Below, piece by piece: positions 1 through 8,407 of a stretch of DNA of 64,000 nucleotides; positions within the stretch are counted from its first letter, which is position 1, and every line of letters begins with the position of its first letter. The stretch spans positions 1,879 through 65,878 of the forward strand of contig JBFJTG010000007.1 of the NCBI GenBank assembly GCA_041625575.1, written 5' to 3'. The position numbers and the translations under genes are program-made. The notes under the pieces are model-generated. The model was not told where the DNA came from. It worked only from the letters and a program-made list of their open reading frames with translations, and made no database searches. The DNA comes from Litorivivens sp. (lineage in GTDB: Bacteria; Pseudomonadota; Gammaproteobacteria; Pseudomonadales; Spongiibacteraceae).

Positions 1-2793
1 GTGAACAAAACTGCGGAAGGTTTTGTATGCCTCGATCAAAGCCAATGCCTGCCCCTCTTCCAGCAAGCCTTCGGCCTGCAAGGATTCCAGCATCCGAATA
101 TTGTCGGTGTACTGCGTTAACGAGGTATACCGGTGCGCCTGGGCGAGAACCGCGTATTGCACCATAAATTCAATATCAACGATACCTCCGAGCCCCTGTT
201 TCAACTCGAACTGATCATTTTTTTCACCGTCACCACCGGCCAGCAAGTGCTCCCGCATTTTGTTGCGCATGGCGACCACTTCATCGCGCAATTGCTTTTC
301 ATCGCGCGGCCGCGTCAATATCTCTTTGCGCAAGCCGGCAAAACGCTCGGCCAGCGCACTCCCGCCGGCGACCACCCGCGCCCGCGCCAGTGCCTGATGC
401 TCCCATGTCCAGGCGCTATCGCGCTGGTATTCTGCAAAGGCGGTAAACGATGACACCAACAAACCGGAATTGCCCGAGGGCCGAAGGCGCATGTCCGCCT
501 CATAGAGCTGCCCCAGACCGGTATTTGCCGTAAGAATATGGATCATGCGCTGCCCGAGCCGGGTAAAAAAGGTGGGGCCATCGACCGCACGCTCACCGCC
601 AGTGACTGCATTGGCATCGACATCGTGGATGAATACGAGATCCAGATCCGAGCCATAATTCAACTCGAGCCCGCCCAGCTTGCCATAGGCCACGACGATA
701 AAGGGCATGTCGGCGTCTGCACCGGGCAAGGAACCATGACGCTCGCGCAAGGTCTGCCAAGCCATCTCCAAGACGTGGCTGAGCACCACTTCGGCAATGG
801 CGGACAAGTAATCACTCACCTTCATTAGGGGCAGGGTGCCAACAATTTCCGAAGCGGCCACACGCAAGACATGCGCGAGCTTGAAGTAGCGCAGGGCCTC
901 CATCTGCGCCTCTTGGTCCTCCTCGGGAATACGCAGCAACTGCTGACGCAGTTCACTATACAGCCCTTCCTGGTCGGGCACGGAATAGAGGCTGTGCTCA
1001 TTGAGCAACTCGTCGAGCAGCACCGGGTTGCGCGACAACTGAAGTGATATCCAGGGGCTGGCATCGCACAAACGAACCAGACGACTCAGGGCGCCCGGGT
1101 TTTCAATCAGCAAGACCACATAAGCGGTGCGACGCAATACCGACTCTACCAAGGGCAATATTCGCAAAAAACAGCGACCCGGCTGCTGGGCCTCTCCGCA
1201 GGCATCGAGTAGTAGGGGCAAAAACTCGTACAATCGTTCGCGACCGACATTTTGCATTCGCTTAACGGCGCTGCTGTCGAGCAAGGCCAGCAGCCTTCGC
1301 GCCACTTCCTCGGCCTCGTCGAACTCGGCTGCCTGCAGTTCGCCAAGCAAAGCCTCGCTATCCGCGCTTTCAAGAAAGTATTTCCACGCACGTGTGCTGA
1401 CTTCCAGCTCCGCCGAGTGATCCGGCTCGGCAACCACGTCGGCGAAATGAGCGGCAACGCGGCCACGGTGTTTCTCCAATTCGGCGCTGTAGGCTTCCCA
1501 GTCACCGGAAAAGCCCATAACCCATGCCAAGGCCGCGCGTTCTTTGGCCTCCCGCGGCAGCTGCTGGGTCTGGCGGTCAAGCCAGGCCTGAATGGCATGC
1601 TCGCTGTCGCGTAAAAAATTGTAGGCAAGCTTGAGCTCATCAACGGCTTCGGCGGGGAGCTGATCCAAGACCTGTAACTCATCCAGCACCGTCATCAAAC
1701 GCCGCTCTTGTAACGATTGCTCGCGCCCACCGCGCACCAATTGAAAACACTGGGCGATAAACTCAACTTCGCGAATACCGCCGCTGCCCAGTTTGATATT
1801 GTCGTGCAACTGGCGCCGCTGTACCTCGCGCATAATCATGCGCTTCATGTCGCGCAGCGCTTCGATCACCGAAAAATCGATATAGCGACGATAGATAAAA
1901 GGTTTTAGATCACTGAGCAGGCTCGCACCAGCCTTAATATCGCCGGCAACGGCCCGAGCCTTGATCATCGCGTAGCGTTCCCACTCGCGCCCCTGATCCT
2001 GGTAATACTCTTCCATGGCATCAAAGTTGATAACCAGCGGCCCGCTTTGACCGTAGGGACGCAGACGCATATCAACCCGGAATACGAAACCATCGGCGGT
2101 ACGCTGATCAATGCTGGCGATCAGGCGCTGACCCAGCTTGATAAAAAACTGTTGATTATCGACTTGCCGCGCTCCGCCAATGGTCTGCCCCGACTCTGGA
2201 TAGGTAAACATCAGATCAATATCGGAGGACAGATTAAGCTCGTCAGCGCCCAGCTTACCCATTGCGAGAATAACCAGATGCTGGGGCTCGCCATCACGAT
2301 TGCAGGGCTGCCCCCATTCGCTGACAAGTTGTTTGTGGTGAAAGTCGAGCGCAGCGTTCAAGCAACACTGAGCGAGTTTGGACAGATCGCGGGTGGTTGC
2401 CGAGGTGTCGGCAATGCCATTTAGATCACGCCAAACAATGCGCATCCAGTGTTTGTTGCGAAATCGTCGGAGCGAGCGATCCAAATCGGCTGAACTGTCG
2501 ATGGGGCCGTCAGGCTCGAAGGCCAATTGTTTGGATGATTTGGGCACGGTGAGCGCGCCGATCTCAGCCAGATCAATCAGCACTTGCGGACGCTGACGCA
2601 GCTGCTCGCTGAAAGCCTGGGAGCAAGCCAGTACAGTCAGCAATTGCTCGGCAAAAACTGCATCTGCCAGCTTTTGTTCATACCAAAGGCGCTGCGGCTC
2701 ATCACAAGCCTTCAGCAACTGCTCCCAGTTGCGCAGGCAATCTGCGCGCAGGAGCTCAGGCAGGGCAGAACTTAAGGCTTGAATATCACTCAT
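1..2793 (-). CDS. glnE: Bifunctional glutamine synthetase adenylyltransferase/deadenylyltransferase GlnE (3' end runs off window; absent from ORF track)
   Basis: Manual translation of parts of the minus strand, in frame with ATG at 2793, gives YGKLGGLELNYGSDLDLVF, LYEADMRLRPSGNSGLLV, AWTWEHQALARAR and KQGLGGIVDIEF, the C-terminal nucleotidyltransferase motifs of GlnE. Confidence 0.95.
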   Translation of the reverse strand, partial: MSDIQALSSALPELLRADCLRNWEQLLKACDEPQRLWYEQKLADAVFAEQLLTVLACSQAFSEQLRQRPQVLIDLAEIGALTVPKSSKQLAFEPDGPIDSSADLDRSLRRFRNKHWMRIVWRDLNGIADTSATTRDLSKLAQCCLNAALDFHHKQLVSEWGQPCNRDGEPQHLVILAMGKLGADELNLSSDIDLMFTYPESGQTIGGARQVDNQQFFIKLGQRLIASIDQRTADGFVFRVDMRLRPYGQSGPLVINFDAMEEYYQDQGREWERYAMIKARAVAGDIKAGASLLSDLKPFIYRRYIDFSVIEALRDMKRMIMREVQRRQLHDNIKLGSGGIREVEFIAQCFQLVRGGREQSLQERRLMTVLDELQVLDQLPAEAVDELKLAYNFLRDSEHAIQAWLDRQTQQLPREAKERAALAWVMGFSGDWEAYSAELEKHRGRVAAHFADVVAEPDHSAELEVSTRAWKYFLESADSEALLGELQAAEFDEAEEVARRLLALLDSSAVKRMQNVGRERLYEFLPLLLDACGEAQQPGRCFLRILPLVESVLRRTAYVVLLIENPGALSRLVRLCDASPWISLQLSRNPVLLDELLNEHSLYSVPDQEGLYSELRQQLLRIPEEDQEAQMEALRYFKLAHVLRVAASEIVGTLPLMKVSDYLSAIAEVVLSHVLEMAWQTLRERHGSLPGADADMPFIVVAYGKLGGLELNYGSDLDLVFIHDVDANAVTGGERAVDGPTFFTRLGQRMIHILTANTGLGQLYEADMRLRPSGNSGLLVSSFTAFAEYQRDSAWTWEHQALARARVVAGGSALAERFAGLRKEILTRPRDEKQLRDEVVAMRNKMREHLLAGGDGEKNDQFELKQGLGGIVDIEFMVQYAVLAQAHRYTSLTQYTDNIRMLESLQAEGLLEEGQALALIEAYKTFRSFVH

Positions 2794-4571
2794 CAGCTGT
2801 TGTGTGAACTCGGGGCTACGCGCATGACCTCTGCGATGGTCGTCTCGCCAGCCGACACTTTTTGAGCACCACTCATCCTCAGGGTTTTCATACCTTCTTT
2901 CACCGCAACTTTACGCATGCCCGGCATGTTCATATCGCCGGTCACATATTCCTTAACCTGATCGCTCATCAGCAAGACCTCGTAAATCCCCTGACGGCCA
3001 TAGAAGCCCGTATTACGGCACTCCAAACAGCCTTCGGCCGCAAAAAACTCCGCAGGTACTTCAGCGCGCCAGGGAGCGATCAACTGCTGCCAACCCGTCT
3101 CGTCCCGGTCCACCGGCTTCTTGCAGTGAGGACAGAGGGTTCGCACCAGCCGCTGCGCCATAACGCCGAGCACCGTTGCCTTAAGCAGATAAGATGGCAC
3201 TCCCAACTCTAACAAACGGGTTATGGCGCTGGGCGCATCATTAGTATGGAGCGTCGCAATAACCAGATGTCCCGTCAGCGCGGCCTGCACCGCCATTTCA
3301 GCGGTTTCCAAATCGCGTATTTCACCAATCATGATGATATCCGGGTCCTGTCGCAGCAGGGCGCGCACGCCCATCGCAAAATTCAATCCGATCTGCGCAT
3401 GAACCTGCATCTGGTTGAAGCTGGGCTCCACCATTTCAATCGGGTCCTCAATGGTGCACACATTCACCTCTGAGGTCGCAATCTGTTTGAGACTGGAATA
3501 CAAGGTAGTGGTTTTGCCCGAACCGGTGGGGCCCGTCACCAGTACAATACCGTTAGGCTGGCGGATCATCGTTTCCCAGCGATTGAGATCTTCGCCGCGC
3601 AGGCCCAGCTGATCGAAGCTGCGCAGTAGCACTTCCGGATCAAAAATCCGCATAACCATTTTTTCACCGAAAGCGGTCGGCAGCGTCGATAGCCGCAATT
3701 CAATTTCACCACCCTCGGGGTTTTTGGTTTTCAGCCGCCCGTCCTGGGGCCGCCGTTTTTCGGCCAGATCCATGCGCCCGAGTATTTTCAGCCGACTGGT
3801 TACCGCCGCCATCACCGATGCCGGCAATTCGTACACAGGATAGAGCGCTCCGTCGATGCGGAAGCGCACGTTACCAATGTCCCGGCGCGGTTCTATATGG
3901 ATGTCGCTTGCTCGCTGGTCGAAGGCGTACTGCAACAGCCAGTCTACGATTTTGACAACATGGCCGTCGTTAGCGTCGAGATCCTTGCCGTCGCCCATTT
4001 GCAGCAACTGCTCGAGATTTGTGACGCCTACGGCCTGCCGGTCGGCGTCCTGCACCCCCAGCACCGACTTTGCCAGGCTATAGAACTCTACGGTGTAGCG
4101 CGTTATGTCAGTAGGCTTGGCAAGTACCCTGCGTATGGGTTTACGCAGCACTGGCGCCAAATTTTCTTCCCAAACCGTCTCAAAAGGGTCTGTGGTGGCA
4201 ACAACCACTTCGGCACCCGTCACCGCCAGGGCCAAAATGCCGTAGCGCTGCGCAAAAGCAAAGGACATCACCTGAGTCACTTCGCTGACATCGATTTTTA
4301 GAGGATCGATGTGCTGAAATTCAAGACCGCAATGCTCCGCCAGCCAGCGCATCAGAAAGTCTTCACTCAGCATTTTGCCGGGGCGCTTTGCATTATCCAG
4401 CTCAAAATTGGCGATATGCTCAACGGGATGAACCGGCTTGCCGTCGCGTTTGGAGGTGAAGTGGGGAATCCGGCGGAAATCGCCAACCGAGATATGGCCC
4501 TCCTGCTCCAGAAGGTTCAATATGCCCTTGACGGTCAGCGGAGCGCTCAGCTTTTGTACCGGTTTCTGCAT
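2793..4571 (-). CDS. GspE/PulE/PilB-family secretion ATPase (orphan)
   Basis: ASDIHIEP, LDLAEKRRPQDGR-type motif (MDLAEKRRPQDGR), Walker A GPTGSGKTT, TIEDPIE, LRQDPDIIMIGEIRD, Zn motif CPHC...CLEC. Confidence 0.92.
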   Translation of the reverse strand: MQKPVQKLSAPLTVKGILNLLEQEGHISVGDFRRIPHFTSKRDGKPVHPVEHIANFELDNAKRPGKMLSEDFLMRWLAEHCGLEFQHIDPLKIDVSEVTQVMSFAFAQRYGILALAVTGAEVVVATTDPFETVWEENLAPVLRKPIRRVLAKPTDITRYTVEFYSLAKSVLGVQDADRQAVGVTNLEQLLQMGDGKDLDANDGHVVKIVDWLLQYAFDQRASDIHIEPRRDIGNVRFRIDGALYPVYELPASVMAAVTSRLKILGRMDLAEKRRPQDGRLKTKNPEGGEIELRLSTLPTAFGEKMVMRIFDPEVLLRSFDQLGLRGEDLNRWETMIRQPNGIVLVTGPTGSGKTTTLYSSLKQIATSEVNVCTIEDPIEMVEPSFNQMQVHAQIGLNFAMGVRALLRQDPDIIMIGEIRDLETAEMAVQAALTGHLVIATLHTNDAPSAITRLLELGVPSYLLKATVLGVMAQRLVRTLCPHCKKPVDRDETGWQQLIAPWRAEVPAEFFAAEGCLECRNTGFYGRQGIYEVLLMSDQVKEYVTGDMNMPGMRKVAVKEGMKTLRMSGAQKVSAGETTIAEVMRVAPSSHNS

Positions 4572-4689
4572 TCTCTGTCCCTATTGGGCAAATCCAGCCC
4601 TGCAAGATCACACTATTATCACTGGCCGGATAGGAGAATTGCCAGCGTCCGGCAAGCGAAAGTCATGAGGATCGCAGTAAATCGGCGGT

Positions 4690-4707
4690 GTTACAATTTT
4701 ATGACTG
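4690..4707 (-). promoter_or_regulatory. Putative Pho box (PhoB site)
   Basis: Minus strand reads CAGTCAT-AAAA-TTGTAAC versus consensus CTGTCAT-AWAW-CTGTMAY; it sits just upstream of TATACT (4712-4717), the likely -10 of the phosphate transport operon. Confidence 0.6.
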
Positions 4708-4744
4708 CAAGTATACTAGCGCTCTTTCGAATCAGGAGCGCACA

Positions 4745-5422
4745 ATGGCCAGCAACCCTCTCAGTAATTTGTTCGGAAAATCGCCGATCGCCCCTATTCA
4801 GCAACATATGATGAGCGCCAAGGAATGCGCTGAAATACTGCCTGCTTTTATGGAAGCCGCCATCGGCGGTGACTGGGAAGCCGCCAAGAACCATCAAAAA
4901 GAGATTGCCAAGCTCGAAAATGTTGCCGACAAGCTGAAAAAACAGGTACGGATCCAGTTACCCAAGAGCCTTTTCCTGCCAGTACCCCGCTCCGACCTCC
5001 TCGACCTCGTCACCGTTCAAGACCATATCGCCAATACCGCCAAGGATATCGCCGGGCTGATGCTTGGCCGGCAGATGGAGATTCCTGAAAAGGTATCGGA
5101 ACTGATGCGCGACTACCTGCAACTGTCGATCGAGACGGTTCGTCAGGCCCACCGCGCCATTGAAGAGCTGGACGAGCTGGTGGAAAGCGGGTTTCACGGT
5201 CGCGAAGTCGATTTCGTTGAAACCCTGATCATCGAGCTCGACCGCCTTGAGCACGAAAACGACAAACTGCAGGTCAAAATTCGCGCAGTGTTGTTCAAGC
5301 TGGAAGCTGATTTGCCTCCGGTCAACGTGGTGTTCCTGTACAAAATTATTGACTGGGTTGGCGATCTTGCCAATGAAGCGCAAAAAGTAGGCTCGCGCCT
5401 GCAAATCTTGCTTGCCCGCTAA
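4745..5422 (+). CDS. TIGR00153/DUF47 phosphate transport regulator (PhoU-like, Pit accessory)
   Basis: FGKSPIAPIQQHM, LENVADKLK, LFLPVPRSDLL, LEHENDKLQ; AGGAG RBS before ATG 4745; directly upstream of PiT. Confidence 0.9.
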   Translation: MASNPLSNLFGKSPIAPIQQHMMSAKECAEILPAFMEAAIGGDWEAAKNHQKEIAKLENVADKLKKQVRIQLPKSLFLPVPRSDLLDLVTVQDHIANTAKDIAGLMLGRQMEIPEKVSELMRDYLQLSIETVRQAHRAIEELDELVESGFHGREVDFVETLIIELDRLEHENDKLQVKIRAVLFKLEADLPPVNVVFLYKIIDWVGDLANEAQKVGSRLQILLAR

Positions 5423-5451
5423 CTTTTTAAGCGTATAACCGGAAGTTACTT

Positions 5452-6714
5452 ATGTCTGTTATTGCTGAGCACGGCCAGATCCTGCTTATCCTCACCTGCC
5501 TTTTTGGCTTTTTTATGGCTTGGGGCGTTGGCGCAAACGATGTCGCCAATGCCATGGGCACCTCGGTAGGCTCAAAAGCCCTAACCATCAAACAGGCAAT
5601 CATGGTTGCCATGGTGTTCGAATTCGCCGGCGCCTACCTTGCCGGCGGAGAAGTCACGTCCACTATCCGTAAGGGTATTATCGACTCCTCCATACTCGCG
5701 GGCTCACCGGAGCTCTTGGTGTACGGGATGATGTCGGCCCTGCTGGCGGCCGGCACTTGGTTGTTGGTCGCCTCAATGATGGGCTGGCCGGTCTCTACCA
5801 CCCACTCTATCGTTGGCGCGCTGGTGGGTTTCGCCGCCGTGGGCATCGGTGTGGAAGCCGTGGCCTGGGGCAAGGTTGGTCAGATAGCTGCTAGCTGGGT
5901 GGTCTCGCCGTTGCTGGCAGGCACCATATCCTACGGCGTTTTTGTTAGCGCCCAGAAATTAATCCTGAACGCCGCCGACCCCTTTGCTGCTGCTAAAAAA
6001 TATATTCCCTTCTACATGTTTGCCGTGGGCTTTATTATCTCCATGGTGACCATGGTCAAGGGCTTCAAGCATATTGGCCTCGGCCTGACCTTTGGCGAAT
6101 GCCTGGCCTATTCCGCCGCCGTGGGCGGTGCCGTCATGGCGTTCGGATCGGTACTGCTGCGCCGCATCAAGGATGAACCCATTAAAGGTTCATTTCGCTT
6201 CGCTAACGTGGAGCGGGTATTCGCAGTTCTGATGATTTTCACCGCCTGCGCCATGGCCTTTGCTCACGGCTCCAACGATGTTGCCAACGCCATTGGCCCC
6301 TTGGCCGCTGTCGTGGGCGTTATCAGTTCGGGTGGCGAAGTGGCTTCCAAATCGGCCTTACCCTGGTGGATCCTGCTGCTCGGTGGCGGTGGTATTGTGG
6401 TGGGTCTGGCAACCTACGGCTTCAAAGTTATTGCCACCGTCGGCAAGAAGATCACGGAATTGACGCCCAGCCGCGGCTTTGCTGCAGAACTCGGCGCAGC
6501 CTCGACCGTGGTTCTCGCTTCAGCTACCGGCCTGCCTATTTCAACCACTCACACTCTGGTGGGCGCAATACTCGGTGTTGGTCTTGCGAGAGGGATCGGG
6601 GCATTGAATCTGCGCGTTATCGGCAGCATATTCATGTCCTGGCTAATTACACTGCCTGCCGGCGCCGGCTTGGCTATTATATTCTTTTATATCTTTAAGC
6701 AGATATTTGGCTAA
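5452..6714 (+). CDS. pit: Inorganic phosphate transporter, PiT family
   Basis: Signature motifs GANDVANAMGT and HGSNDVANAIGP, PVSTTH twice (PVSTTH/PISTTH), many TM helices. Confidence 0.95.
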   Translation: MSVIAEHGQILLILTCLFGFFMAWGVGANDVANAMGTSVGSKALTIKQAIMVAMVFEFAGAYLAGGEVTSTIRKGIIDSSILAGSPELLVYGMMSALLAAGTWLLVASMMGWPVSTTHSIVGALVGFAAVGIGVEAVAWGKVGQIAASWVVSPLLAGTISYGVFVSAQKLILNAADPFAAAKKYIPFYMFAVGFIISMVTMVKGFKHIGLGLTFGECLAYSAAVGGAVMAFGSVLLRRIKDEPIKGSFRFANVERVFAVLMIFTACAMAFAHGSNDVANAIGPLAAVVGVISSGGEVASKSALPWWILLLGGGGIVVGLATYGFKVIATVGKKITELTPSRGFAAELGAASTVVLASATGLPISTTHTLVGAILGVGLARGIGALNLRVIGSIFMSWLITLPAGAGLAIIFFYIFKQIFG

Positions 6715-6720
6715 GCCTCG

Positions 6721-7347
6721 CTACAGGGGCTGGTTCACCCGGAACCAGCCCGCCACACTGTAGCGATCACGCAGCGCCGGGCAGACCTCATGCGGGAAAC
6801 GCTCACTAAAAAATAGCAACAAGCTCCCGTATTTTGGTAAAACCCGCGCCACAAGATCATCGTTAAAATCTTCGTACATCAACAATTCACCGCCCCATTC
6901 CGCCTCCCAACCCGGGTTCAGGTAAAGCACAGTCGACAGGATGCGATTGGAGTCGCCAACGAAGGCGTCGCGGTGTTTTTTATAGAATCCGCCCGGCGCG
7001 TAGCGCGCAAAATGGGCCTCGAAATTGAACAGTCCGAGAAATAAACGTCGATTCAGCTCGAGTCGCAAAACCTCCATCCAATCCAGATAGGCGGATTCGA
7101 CAGCAGACGCATGGCTCAGCCAATGAATGAAATCGGTGCGCAGCTTTGTGCGCAGGCGGAAATTGTCATCCCGACCGACACCTGCACGGCGAAAATCCAG
7201 ATCGGACTCCGGCCCCACGCGTCGGTAAAGCCCTGCCAGCATGTCATCTGGCAATCCTGCAGACAGGAGACAATAGCCATCTCGCTCCAGGCTTATTGCG
7301 AGCGCATCGTAAAAGTCATCACACACGCTTGCGGCGGCAGCGATCAT
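6721..7347 (-). CDS. 2OG-Fe(II) oxygenase, PHD/SM-20-like prolyl hydroxylase family
   Basis: YKKHRDAF (HxD), RILSTVLYLN, GGEL, FPHEV (distal His), RYSVAGWF. Confidence 0.88.
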   Translation of the reverse strand: MIAAAASVCDDFYDALAISLERDGYCLLSAGLPDDMLAGLYRRVGPESDLDFRRAGVGRDDNFRLRTKLRTDFIHWLSHASAVESAYLDWMEVLRLELNRRLFLGLFNFEAHFARYAPGGFYKKHRDAFVGDSNRILSTVLYLNPGWEAEWGGELLMYEDFNDDLVARVLPKYGSLLLFFSERFPHEVCPALRDRYSVAGWFRVNQPL

Positions 7348-7443
7348 CGCGGTATCTCTAATTTATCGGCGCGCTTTTTAATGGATAAATGCGATTTTGT
7401 CACGCGTTTATATTGAGCAACGGTCGCTAATCCTACTCCGGAT

Positions 7444-8346
7444 TCAACGCAGAGCCTTGAGAATATTCAGCAGATCCGGCAACAACTGGATGTAGGTGCC
7501 GGTGTATGCCGCCAGGGTATAACCATCGTGGCCGGGATTCTGCAATTGTCGCTGCACCTGATCGACGATAGTTGCCAACATGCGCTCAGCTCGAAAGCGG
7601 TTCACTCCAAACTCTACGATCGGCGCCAATACCGGTGTTAGCGCCAACAGCAAAACAAAGCCGACACTGCCGCCGGCCAGCGACACCCAGGAAGGCACAC
7701 CCGTCCACTTAAGCCATAAAGCAGACAAAAAAGGCTGCTGCGAAATATACAGCGATCCCGCTGCGCTAGCTCCCAACAAGCCGGCGCTGCCGAAGGCAAT
7801 CTTGTCGCTCACAGCGCGACCAAGCATACCCAGCGCCAAAAATAGCAGTAAGTCACGACTACCTTCATGATCGACCGCCAGTCTCGCCACCGCCTCTTTT
7901 AATCTCTGCTCCAGATCTGCGGCCGAATAGCGCGCCACTATAGCCTGAACCTCAGCCTGCTTGCCCAGATCCAGCTCGGGATGCCGACTAAGATGGCAAA
8001 GCAATGTTTCTTCCAGTTCGGGCAGGCGCAGAAGTTCGCCGCCAATAAGACCGGCCAGCGCCAACTCCTTGCCACTATAGCGGCGGCCCGCCTCGACCTT
8101 ACGGCCGCTCAGGCGCTGCAGTGCCCGCCAGGTAAAACGCGGAAGCGTCGCCAGATCCCGCGGTACGTCACGCCGATATTGCCAGTGACGTGATGCGACA
8201 CTGCGCAGGGAGGCAAAATACCGGGCGTAAAACCGCGGGACGCCCTCGCGCACCTTCGCAAAATGAGCATCGAGCAAGCGATCAAGCTCCTGCTGCCAGC
8301 GCTCGCTAGCCCCACCTGTCTCAGCCCTTTGTGGTTCGGTACTCAT
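7444..8346 (-). CDS. Hypothetical membrane protein (DUF6635-like)
   Basis: 300-aa ORF filling the gap between genes; helical N-terminal region and C-terminal hydrophobic segments; family assignment from recalled resemblance only. Confidence 0.65.
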   Translation of the reverse strand: MSTEPQRAETGGASERWQQELDRLLDAHFAKVREGVPRFYARYFASLRSVASRHWQYRRDVPRDLATLPRFTWRALQRLSGRKVEAGRRYSGKELALAGLIGGELLRLPELEETLLCHLSRHPELDLGKQAEVQAIVARYSAADLEQRLKEAVARLAVDHEGSRDLLLFLALGMLGRAVSDKIAFGSAGLLGASAAGSLYISQQPFLSALWLKWTGVPSWVSLAGGSVGFVLLLALTPVLAPIVEFGVNRFRAERMLATIVDQVQRQLQNPGHDGYTLAAYTGTYIQLLPDLLNILKALR

Positions 8347-8407
8347 AAATTGCGGCTCGCCGCGCCAAAGCGCTACACTGGGAGAAAATATTCAGGGAAA
8401 ACATTCT

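Noticed and set aside
23-2775. Many short ORFs on both strands in the ORF track
   Set aside because: They are shadows of glnE, which the track misses because it runs off the window edge
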